64,000 nucleotides of DNA from positions 17,112,001-17,176,000 of the forward strand of contig JAQFVV010000004.1 in the NCBI GenBank assembly GCA_028023455.1. The letters are read 5' to 3'. A program made the position numbers and the translations under genes. Numbering within the stretch: the stretch's first letter is position 1; each line of letters starts with the position of its first letter. Below the pieces are notes generated by a model, which searched no databases, was not told the DNA's origin, and worked only from the letters and a program-made list of their open reading frames with translations. Below are positions 53,246 through 64,000 of this stretch, in pieces. This stretch comes from Epiperipatus broadwayi. Its lineage: Eukaryota; Animalia; Onychophora.

Positions 53246-53888
53246 ATTATAAAATCGTATCACAGAACATTTTTGTTCAAATATGTTACTCAGAATTATT
53301 TGTAAACAGACTCATAATGAATCATTTTAATAAATTTGCAAATGCAACTAAAAAAACTATCATCCCAAACCTTCAGGAAAATACTTGCAAATGCCATTTA
53401 CTTTTCAATTATCAATATCCTTTCATTCAAAATGCTAAAAGGAGAATTCTTCTTTCATCTGATCTCCAACTGTAAATAAATATCTGAAAAAGCTGAAACT
53501 TACTATTAGCTCAATCTTAGTTCACAAATCAATTAGCCAGATTATTATTTCATATATTATTTTAAATTAAATACTAATTTCAACAGCATGTAAATAACTT
53601 TTACTACTGCATAAATATATAATTCTTAGGATTATAATCATATCACAGAATTAAGATCATGCTAATAATAAGTTCAGCTTTTTTGGATATCAATGTTGAT
53701 TTATTTACTATATGGTTGGAGATCAGATGAAAGAGGAATTCTCCTTATATCAGTCTGAATAAATAGGCATTAATAAATGAGAAGTAAAATTGTATTTTGC
53801 AAGTTTATTAAAATGATTCATTATGAGTCTGCTTATAAATAATTCTGAGTAACATATTTGAATGAGAAGGTTGTGATATTATTATAAT
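53246..53888. repeat. Old foldback element with ~200-bp diverged inverted arms
   Basis: ttcaaatatgttactcagaattattt...gactcataatgaatcattttaataaa and ggagaatt...catctgatctccaac are each mirrored on the opposite strand. Confidence 0.75.
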
Positions 53889-56800
53889 CCTAAATTTTAC
53901 AAAAGCAGTAATAAAAGTTATTTATATGCTGGTGAAATTAGCAATAATTAAAAAAGGATTTGGGCATAAACTTAATATTTTTATTATCTTTGTAAGTTTT
54001 TTTTTTTTTTAATTATTTTATTCACACTATCTAGTAGATTATTATATATCTGGACTTGATTTATTGAAACATATTTTTTTCACCCCTCTCTTAGTATAAT
54101 TGAAAGATTGCAATTGCATTCATTTAGAGGGTTACAGGCAAACAATTTTTAATTATTTGAAATTTACATAGATGTTAGTCATGATACTGTATAAAGAATT
54201 ACATGTGTCAGCAGAGTAATGTGGATTAACTTGGTTAATGAAGATTAGATATTGCAATCTTTACAAATTAGTTTGTGTCCCCTCCCCCCTCTTCACTTGA
54301 AAAGAGCACCTTAATATATTTTTCTGACACATCAATTCGGAGTTAAAATTTTATTATATCTGTGTGTGCATATAACTATAGATACTTTTTAATTAATCAA
54401 ACCGTGTTAGTAAATTATTTTTGTTACTTAAAACTAAAATTAGTGTCCAATCCATTCTAATTTAAGTCTTGTCTCATTTTCATTGTGTACTTAAATAGTT
54501 TATGTTTCTAAACATACTTATATTCTGGACTGGGAATATGTCACTAAGTTAACAGAGAAGAAATTAGAATATTATCTAGCAGCCTTCTGTAAAAAGAAGT
54601 GACGTTCCAGAATCTATTTTCTATATCCTAGCTACTTGATGATATGACTCTTAAGTCCAACCCTCATATAGATAGTTGTAAGTTGATAATATTCAGAAAT
54701 ATGATTTTTACAAAATGAGAATACATGGCTTAACCACCCTCGTCATACTAATTATTAACTGAGAACTGAATTCAAGATCTCTATGTATTTAATAACTTTT
54801 TCATAATATTACAGAAATGATGATAACATGGCAGATATATATCTTTTCATACTTTATGCTATTACATAAAATGTCTACTTCTGTGTGATAAATAAAATAT
54901 ATATCTTCATATTGTCCAGATTTATATCGTTACAATATTTGTATATGAAAGCATCCAAATAAATTAAGTAATATATATAACATTTAACAAATAGTGAAAA
55001 CATATTTAATAATCAATCATGTTGAAAAATAAATAACCTTCATATAGAGTCCAAATTTCTACCTGAACCGCATCATAAACTAATTATTAGCTCTGCCATG
55101 TATAATAGATAAGTAAGATCCAACTTTATAGAGACCTTGTTAATATACACACAATATCCTCTGTAAATTTTAAAATCACTATAAAGCATTTTATTAATAC
55201 TAATTTGGTCAATGTTCGTAAAGACATGTTCATTATCAGGTCATCTCAAGATAAAATCTAAAGTAACTGAAATTTAGATTTAACTTTTATGTATACAGAA
55301 TTTGAAAACATTTCTACAAACTTATCAATTACATCTGTATATTAGCATAATATAATCTGAATGCAGTCCAAATTTTCTATCTGAACTAGCTTTATATATA
55401 CAAACCTTTCTAAATTTGAAAATCATTGCCATGAATAAAAGTAAGCATTTATTTATATTAATTTCGTCAGTATTCATAAAACCCACATTCATTTTCAAAT
55501 TATCTTGAAGATAAAATCTAACTACTAAGACATCCCATGACCACCATTCCCTATGCTTATACAAGCAGTAATCAATTGATAATAAGATTTATGCATAAAA
55601 TCCCTATGGTTATTAAAAATACCAAAATATATAGATACTAAACTAAGTTCAGATCTGTATGACTATACAAGCAAATTAGTATGTATTGAAAACATTGTTT
55701 TCATTTTGGGCTTATAGCTAACTAAATAGATGAAAAATGGCTGCTGGAGGACTGCATTAGTTGCAAAGGCATTGCTTTCAGGTATATGCTAGAAACTAGT
55801 CTGGATATATTGGATGAGTAGGCACTAGATTAGAAATTTTATGCACAAACCTTCTAGCATCCATTGATTACTATGGCTTTCACTAAGTGGCACTACTGTG
55901 TGGAGAGTTCGCTATTGACGTAAAATCTAATTGAAATTTGAATTTAACTGCTATGAATTCAGAATTTTTAAACTTTTCTGACAGTAATCAACACATCTAT
56001 ATATTACTGTAACATAATCATATTGCAACCCATTAAATTCTTCACTTTGAGACTTTAAAATTCAGTAAATAAAATTTTAATTTATTGTATCTGATTCTTT
56101 TAATTTTATTTTACTAATGGGAAATTAAAATTTGCAAGCATTTGTTTGTCTGCATAAGGTGGTTTCTTTTTTCTTTATAACCTAATGCTAAGTGCACTTT
56201 TGGTGAAGTTCACCATAATCATAGCTCTCTTAAATTAATTATTGTTGCTTCTTTATTGATACTGTAATTATGCATGCATTTAAATTAGCCCATTTAATGG
56301 GAAATTAGTATATAATGAATCAAATTGTCTTATTCTCATAATATACCTGGCAATAGTAATTAGTTTATAGAATGTTGATTAGATATACATACATAATATA
56401 TAAAATGGAACATGTAAATATCTACTTTACATAATGCACAATAGACTTTAAAGTTGTTTTACAAATTGCAGAATAATTGAGCGTTATGAAGCTGATGAAT
56501 CAGTCAAAAGCATGCTCAGCAAATAATATACTAAGCATGATTATACCATTTCTTGTTTCATGTTTAAAATGTGAACATAAATATTACAGTTTGCCCCAAA
56601 AAAAAGTTGTTTAATTTTTTAAAATAAATTTTAGTAAACTTTCCAATACTAATTTGTACAATTTTATATTTCTTTTAAACGTGGAAAAAAAAAAAGTGAA
56701 ATTTGTTTTGTTTTTTATTTTATTTAAAATATATACTATTAGTTTTTATAACATTAATTGAAAAGCACATTTAACTTGGTTAAAATTAATTTATTCGAAT

Positions 56801-56939
56801 GTTTTTTTCAAGTGTATTTTGTTTATTTCAAAATAATGAAATTCCTCAAGTTAATTGGAAAAATAGGCAATTGACAGAATAAATAAAATCCACAGCAGTA
56901 AGTATAATAAATAAAACATAAAATTAATGCAAAATGAAT

Positions 56940-57380
56940 AAGTCTTATTCACATATTTTGCATAATAAATCAAAACATTTATGAGATAATGAAAATAATA
57001 TATATTTCAATAAGCTAAGTATAATCCAGGAAATGTCAATTGATATTTTATATAATAATAATAAAAACTTAATTTATTTATCAGAAAATGAAAATAATAT
57101 GTTTTATTAAACTAAAATAATTCACAACAGTTTCATAATAAACAGAGACTTCTGTTTTATTTATGGGAAAATAATATGTTTTAGTAAGTGTGAAGTAATC
57201 TGTGGCATTTTTAGTTCATATATAATAAATAAAATTTGTTCATTTATAGGAAATTGAAAATAATTTATATTTTAGTAAGCTAAAAATAATCCAAGGCACA
57301 TCATTTCATATTTTGCATAATAAAAATGTTTCATTTACAAGCAAATAAAAATAATGTATATTTTAGCAAGCTAAAAATAA
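56940..57380. repeat. Degenerate AT-rich minisatellite (units of roughly 90-110 bp)
   Basis: Recurrent gaaaataat...tttagtaagctaaaaataatc...ttcatattttgcataataaa. Confidence 0.5.
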
Positions 57381-57404
57381 ACAACAATAAATAAAAACAT
57401 GTTA

Positions 57405-58249
57405 CAGACTTTCAGATGACCCATCACTCTCCACTCTATCTAATAACACCGATACCCTCAAGCACATATATGCTGAAAAGATAAATAATCACCAATATAC
57501 ATATTTCATCCTAAACCAGAAATCATCAGTTGGTCCAGATTATCATCTCCCACACCTATATAAGTGCTCAGATATATATTAAGATAGACAATCCTCATAC
57601 TTTAATGGACAGGCTCCAATCTTCTACACACACCAACTCTTCAAACGCCATCCAATTGAAAATCTGATGATGGAATGCTCGAAGGCCACCCTGAGACCGA
57701 GATTCTTGTCTTACCCATGTTGACCTAAGGTCAATCTGAACCCCACATGTACAGGACATAATCCATTTAATACATATGCACATTGTAGAGATGTCTGCCC
57801 ATCCTTGCATATGTATTAAATGGATTATGTCCTCTACATGTGGGGTTCAGATTGACCTTAGGTCAACATGGGTGTGACAAGAATCTCGGCCTCAGGGTGG
57901 CCTTCGAGCAATCCATCATCAGATTTTCAATTGGATGGACGGTTGAAGAGTTGGAGTGTGTAGAAGATTGGAGCCTGTCCATTAAAGTATGAGGATTGTC
58001 TATCTTAATATATATCTGAGCACTTATAGTATATATGTGTGGGAGATGATAATCTGGACCAGCTGATGATTGTTGGTTTAGCATGAAATACGTATATTGG
58101 TGATTATTTATCTTTTCAGCATATATGCGCTTGAGGATATCGGCGTTATTAGATAGAGTGGAGAGTGATGGGTCATCTGAAAGTCTGTGCTCATATACCC
58201 TATATATTACATATAAAGACACAGGTATAGAATAAGCCTGTGTTTCAGT
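57405..58249. mobile_element. Family A palindromic element with 13-bp TSD
   Basis: Arms at 57405-57780 and 57806-58187 with a 25-nt loop. The right arm has a tail ending GCCTGTGTTTCAG. TAAAAACATGTTA at 57392-57404 and 58250-58262. Hammerhead motifs at 57491-57534 (-) and 58058-58101 (+). Confidence 0.88.
58058..58101 (+). ncRNA. Hammerhead motif with weakened helix II
   Basis: ACCAG-CTGATGA-TTGTT-GGTTT-AGCAT-GAAA-TACGTA-TA-TTGGT. Confidence 0.7.
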
Positions 58250-58485
58250 TAAAAACATGTTAGTAATATTTTTAGCAACTAAATCAATGCAGTGTGATAA
58301 ATAAAAGTGATCTATAAGAAATGTAATGCAGATATGATGCCAAATGCAAATCCACAAAAAATTCTAAAAAGCAATCCATTTCAGCAAGAACTGTATACAA
58401 AAATGTTTTAGTAATGAGATCAAATGTAAATCCATAAGAAATTAAGGTCAATATAATATTGTATGTTTCCTTATAGCAATTGTAA

Positions 58486-58599
58486 TTCAAAAATAAATAC
58501 TATCGTTATGTAGACGAAGAAAATTCCTTTTAACATAATATGCTTAATTCATTTAATGAATTAAACATAGTACACATAACGATAGTATTTATTTTTGAA
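58486..58599. repeat. Perfect 26-bp inverted repeat with 62-bp spacer
   Basis: ttcaaaaataaatactatcgttatgt / acataacgatagtatttatttttgaa. Confidence 0.75.
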
Positions 58600-61500
58600 G
58601 AAATTAAATTCCAACAAGAAATCCATTTATGGAAGATCATGAAAATAATCACAGTTAAATGCAAATCCAAAATCAAATAAAATAATCAATTTATTGATCA
58701 GGAGTTTGTAAAAAAAATTCTATTGTAGATGTAATAGACAAAATCACAACGCACAGATCTTAAATTGTTAAAAGTTCACCAATTTACCAGTATACTAAAT
58801 TATGCAGGCCTATATTGTCAATTTTCTATAATTTTTTTCATAAATTTTGCATCAAAAGCCAAGATTATTTTTTTTTACTATCCTATTCTTACAATCTTGT
58901 AAATTCATTACATTAGGCTTTAATATTACATATGAGAATTTGAATACAACTAACTTATATGAAACCTAACTGCTGTTTCTGGTCTAATTTAAAATTTGTT
59001 TTAAGTTTGTTAATTACTTGAGTGAAATTATATAAAATCTTCAGAATTCTAAAATCTTAAATATAACTCTGGCACCCTTTTGTTAATTTTATAGGCATTT
59101 CATAAAGCTTTTACTTTTTTTCTTTGATTACAAAGTATATCCACAATTCATCAATAAGAAATATAAGATTTATTGACCATTTGTAATTAATATATGTCAA
59201 TCTCTTGAATCTTCAAGTAACCATTCATTCGACTCGAGATTTAACAAAGGTCACCCATCAGCAAACAAAATCTCAAGTTTAAATCATTACAAAAGACAAA
59301 TCAGTCACCCTGCTTAGCTTTTTAAATAAAATAATAAGTTTTGTAAAAAAAATATTTGGGATAAATAAACTTCAAAGTAGAAACAGACTACATTCACAAA
59401 TGAAGAAAGTAAAAATAACGGTTTGAAGCTCTTAAAAAATACAAATTATAAAAATAATTACAAGTTAATTCACTATAGTAATAACAAGCTACTTGGTTAC
59501 ATGTAACTTAATTATAAATAAGATAAATGATAATTAACACTATGTTAATACAAGAATTTAAATGTAAAATTCTACAAAAAAAAAAGGATATAGCTGATAA
59601 AAATATACAAAATATTTTTTTCTCATGGTAATGAGTGTTTAGAGTATTTCAGGAAAAATATAAAAATTCCAAACATTTAAAAAAAAATTAAAATCTCAAA
59701 ATTAAAGTAACTTACAGACATCTATAACTTTATTAAATCTTATAAATTGTTATTCAAAGTAACACATTTACCAAAAATTAAAGACCCCCAACTAAAATTG
59801 GAACGTTCAGCCGTATAAATAATAAAATGTTAATAAGGATAATAAACAAGAACTATCATTAAATTGCAAACAAATACAATATTGTAACAAACTGGATCTT
59901 GGATCAAAGCATCATTTATAATTCAAATACGAAAGTACTTTTCCTTCAGCAAATTATAATGGAATAGCTATTTAGGTAAAAAGATCATGAATTCGCCCAT
60001 ACAATACTACACGAGGCAGTATCCCTCAAAATTGATACCGCTAATATAAATACCAAGATAGATGACCCTAATCATAAGTTCGCAGTTAAATGAATAAATA
60101 AGCCATTCATAATATGAAACGAATTTTATAGGTCCTCTAGGACTAATGGGTAATAAAAATCTAACCACAAATAGATATGATTGTGACAAATATAACAAAG
60201 AAAAAACACTTTGGTGGCTGATCAATAGGATCTAAAGAAAATTTCTCCAGAACCGTAAAAATAAATGTTTTAGTCATTAATGAGATCAAATAAAAATCTA
60301 AAAGAAATTCCTAAAGGAATTATGGCAAGAAGTTTATTAACTAAAACTATGATAAAATTAATGTTTTAGCAATGAGGACAAATCTATAAATTCTAAAAAG
60401 CTATGTATGGTAAGAACTGTATTAAGTAAAACCTTGAAAATTAACATTGTTTTAGCAATAAGACCCAATGCAAATCTGTACATTTTATTTATTATTGATT
60501 AGTTTTTTTTTTGGTTGTTATGTGGCTCCACTTGGGTTAGTCCTCAAATTAGTACATTTTATTTTTTATTGATTAGTATTTTCTTTGGTTATTTGTTATG
60601 TAGCTCCATTTGGGAGATAGTCCTCATTCTAGCAGTACCTACTTACTTTTGTAAGATTAATTTATTTGCAATATAAAAATTAATTATAGAATCTACACTA
60701 CTTTTTTGAATTCATCTGACTAAAGTTTATAGATAGCAACTTGTTTTTAATAAGTTATATTTAATTTTTGAATGTTTTCTAATAATATTGGGGTATGAAA
60801 GACCATGCAAGCTTAAAAGCAATATCAATAAGTGAAATTAAAATAGGAAAAAAAAGAAGCAAACTATAAGAAAGGCAAACGTGCAAACTTAATTCTAACC
60901 ATTATTGCTGCTTCCTGTAATAATTAACTGAGAAACTTATGTATCATTTGTCTGCTTATTTTTATATATAACTACAGAATATCATCTATAGAATTTTAAT
61001 TTTAGCCTAAACTACAAGCTGCATGAGAAACTGAAAAGAAGTTTATAGGGAATTTAATGGATGCATAAAAGCTAATGGAGTTATAACTTCCATACATCTT
61101 AAATACAATTATTGAAAGTTTACATATATAAAGCTAACTAACTAATGAGAATTGTCTTCATTTAAAAGATAAAAATTTCCATGAAGTTAAGTCACCAAAG
61201 ACATTATCAATTAAGTTACAAATCGTTATAAACTGCTAGAAAAGCCCCATAAAAATAAAACTTTTGTTAAACTTTAAGTGTTAAAGAAATGTGCACAGTT
61301 GGATTGCTATGCAAAGTTTTAGACAAGCAAAGAATTCTGTTTTATTTTATTTATTGTACTTTATATTCTACAAATTTTTTGTAAATTATACTTAATATTT
61401 CTAATATTAAATTTTTATCAAATCAAGATGTTTTCCTGCTACATATTGAATTAGAATTGCTTTATTTAGATTCTTTAATAATAAGATGAAGATATTTGAT

Positions 61501-63237
61501 CTTCCAATTAAAAATAGTATGTACCTGGAAACACATCTTGATTGATTCTTTTACATATGTTGTCATATTTGAATAAATGTCTTTATACATAGTTATTTTG
61601 TATTTATCGATATATCAACCATTACTGTTATTAATGTTTATATATTTTATTACTAAAAATTCAGTTTTAGTCTTTATTTTTAATTCATTATTTCTTTTAT
61701 ATAAGCTAAATTTGAGACTGCAATTCATTAATATCTCGACCTTGTGATTTCACAATGTAATGTATCTTATGTTTCTGATGACAGAATTTAGAAACTGGAC
61801 TGTAATATGAATAGACGTATAGGTTAAATGATTAATTATTTTTTCCAGAGAGAAGATAATTGCTTTAATATAAATGTTTCTTCTTTCTGGAATAATTATT
61901 TAATCATTTCTATACACATATACACACACTCCTATTCTACAATAATCATCAATCATATCTACTCATACAATATTTATATCATTATATATTTGATACCCAT
62001 CATAGGACTTTGATGCACCTCAAAGTTTGCGAAAAAAGAAAAGTCAGAGAACTTTATATAAAATAATGAGATAAATTTAAAAACTAAGAATTATAATTGA
62101 TCACAATTAGTCACCACTTATAAAGATTAGAAGAATTAAGCAGCATTAAAAAAAAATAGATGAGAAAGATATAAATAAATCCTAAGTGATAGTTTAACTA
62201 TTATGATGATATGAGATTAGAGATGTGTATGAAAGGTTATGATGAAATTAGAATCAATTTAATCAGATGATGTTGTAAAACTGATCCAATAATAAAATTG
62301 AATAATTCATTGAGCCAATAAAATATATGCAAATACAATTGAAAATGAAAGATTTAAAGCTACGATCACAAAAAAAAAAGATCAAGTGAGAAATTATGGC
62401 ATAACTGTATCAGTTACTGATTACAAATAAACAAGAAATTTTAAAGAAAATAAATGTTAAGGACAAGAAAAGAGATTGAGATAATGAATGAAAACAAAAA
62501 ATAAAAAAGCAAAATAGTCCAGATAATCAAGCAATGTAAGAAAGAATAAATGAAGGGACAGAAAATGGAAGATATCATTAGAAAAATTTAACAATTTTAG
62601 AATAAATAATGAGACAAAAAATAATAAAACAAAAATAAAGGAAATTGTAAATCATTTTAAGAAAATAAACCAAGATAAAGAAAATTAAGAAATTATAAAT
62701 CAAATTAAGAAACCAAACTGAACAAAAAAGAAATTATAAATAAAGTGGAGAAAAAGAAAGGAAAATTTTAGTAAGAATATAAAAAAAACTCTTAAAATGA
62801 TTAGGATATCATAAAAGAAAGTACATCTGACCGAGATGCTATAAAGAATCTAAAACTGATAAAGATAGTATATAAAAACATAAAACTTATGGTCACATTA
62901 TAGAGGAATTTAATGTTGATAGGGATAATACAAATTAGTGATTTTTAACTTTTCAAATCATTGTCCTCCTTGTCCCCCCCCCCAAAGACATTCTCAACAT
63001 CATAACTCTACTATCTATAAGTTGAATAAATATGCTGAAAGGCAACTTTTCTAAAAAATTATTACATTTTTGAAGTTTAAAAAAATATTCATAATTGAAT
63101 TTATAAAAAGAAACATCAAAGTCATTTTAAAAAATTAAACTTTTTACATACATTTATTTTAAAATTCACTAAAATAATTATTTGCTGTGATAAATTCTAT
63201 TTTATTTTTTGTAATATTAAATAACACAGTATAAATA

Positions 63238-63522
63238 TCATCTAATTTCTACTTTTAAATTTTTAGCAGCAGAAAGTTCAATATCTTTGTGAATTTTATT
63301 CACTTCATCTTGTTTAAACGTTTTTTCCATATGCCTATATATAATCCTGTAACAGTGACTTGTCCGATTTTGTTTTGGGCTAATAAACGTATCTAGAAGA
63401 TAAACTTGTTCTACTACATCCCCACCAACTGAACGTACCAAATCATAAAAATCATTACTAGAAAAATGTTCTGGTATCCAGAAGGAAATATCATTAATAC
63501 ACTGTGGAAATACGCTGATTTT
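63238..63522 (-). CDS. FARS2: FARS2 terminal exon encoding the ferredoxin-fold anticodon-binding domain, KISVFPQCINDISFW...SHCYRIIYRHMEKT...KVEIR*
   Basis: Acceptor ttttgcAG after a 330-bp intron, TGA at 63238-63240, and an AATAAA about 30 nt further downstream on the minus strand. Confidence 0.95.
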   Translation of the reverse strand, partial: KISVFPQCINDISFWIPEHFSSNDFYDLVRSVGGDVVEQVYLLDTFISPKQNRTSHCYRIIYRHMEKTFKQDEVNKIHKDIELSAAKNLKVEIR

Positions 63523-63852
63523 CTGCAAAAATAAAACAAAAAAATAAATAAATTATTATAAGTTTAAAATATATATATATATTTTTAAATTTAATTATAA
63601 ATAAAATATATGACACAATTTAATCTTGCACAATTCAAATTTACCACTTCTGCATGGTGTTATTTATCTGTTGGAATGTGATTTATGCATGTAGCTATAA
63701 TACATTCAATTATTTGTATAAGAAAAAATATAACAAACTATATTTAATAATATTGCATTTGTACTAGAAAAAATAATAGTTAAAATCACATTTAGTATAT
63801 TTTTGTTGTTGCCAGAACAAATATAAGTAAATAATTTATTATAATAATATAC

Positions 63853-64000
63853 CTTATAAGTAATAGGTGTGCTGAAATCTTCTACATAAAACTGAGATAA
63901 AAAGCCAGTATCTTGACTCCAGAATAATCGAATATCTGGGATTGAATAAAGTTTCATTGCTAAACGTTCTAACCCCAATCCAAAAGCCCAACCAATTTTA
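63853..64000 (-). CDS. FARS2: Mitochondrial phenylalanyl-tRNA synthetase, penultimate coding exon (runs off the window edge), [49 protein letters not shown]
   Basis: Class II aaRS motif 3 ([13 protein letters not shown]) and IPDIRLFWS. Donor AAG|GTatat at plus-strand 63852. Confidence 0.95.

Noticed and set aside
57863-58357. 164-aa ORF and the related 81-aa ORF at 30773-31018 within Family A
   Set aside because: They are antisense to the ribozyme strand, frameshifted in other arms, and resemble no protein I recognise. Treated as chance open frames.
59300-62900. A-rich stretches that look like very old LINE remnants (also 1-300, 23400-24200, 44300-44650)
   Set aside because: No unambiguous motif survives, so boundaries and class cannot be supported.
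1-64000. CRISPR arrays, prokaryotic operons, rRNA genes
   Set aside because: The sequence is eukaryotic with spliced genes. No regularly spaced repeat-spacer array or rRNA-like sequence was seen.

Overview
Very AT-rich metazoan genomic DNA. The host is possibly a chelicerate or other arthropod, inferred only from the style of the LINE. Two genes converge here. On + are the last five recognisable coding exons of TBC1D32/BROMI (2293-45430, introns up to 22.5 kb). On - are the last two coding exons of mitochondrial Phe-tRNA ligase FARS2 (63238-64000). Introns and intergenic DNA are packed with transposons: a decayed LINE RT, a decayed Ty3/Gypsy element with both LTRs and a nested piggyBac-type insert, a hAT (Charlie/Buster) relic with a perfect 8-bp TSD, and a Merlin transposase relic. 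Two non-autonomous GG-ended families with 8-bp TSDs are also present: a 4-kb near-perfect foldback and two inverted copies of a 1.5-1.7-kb element. There are several MITE-like hairpins and local tandem duplications as well. The most notable signal is a ~400-bp non-coding family carrying a minimal type I hammerhead ribozyme motif. It is inserted mainly as head-to-head palindromes; two copies have 13-14-bp target-site duplications and one arm carries an extra 3' tail. This fits a non-autonomous Penelope-like/retrozyme element. All identities are by-eye estimates and no searches were run.
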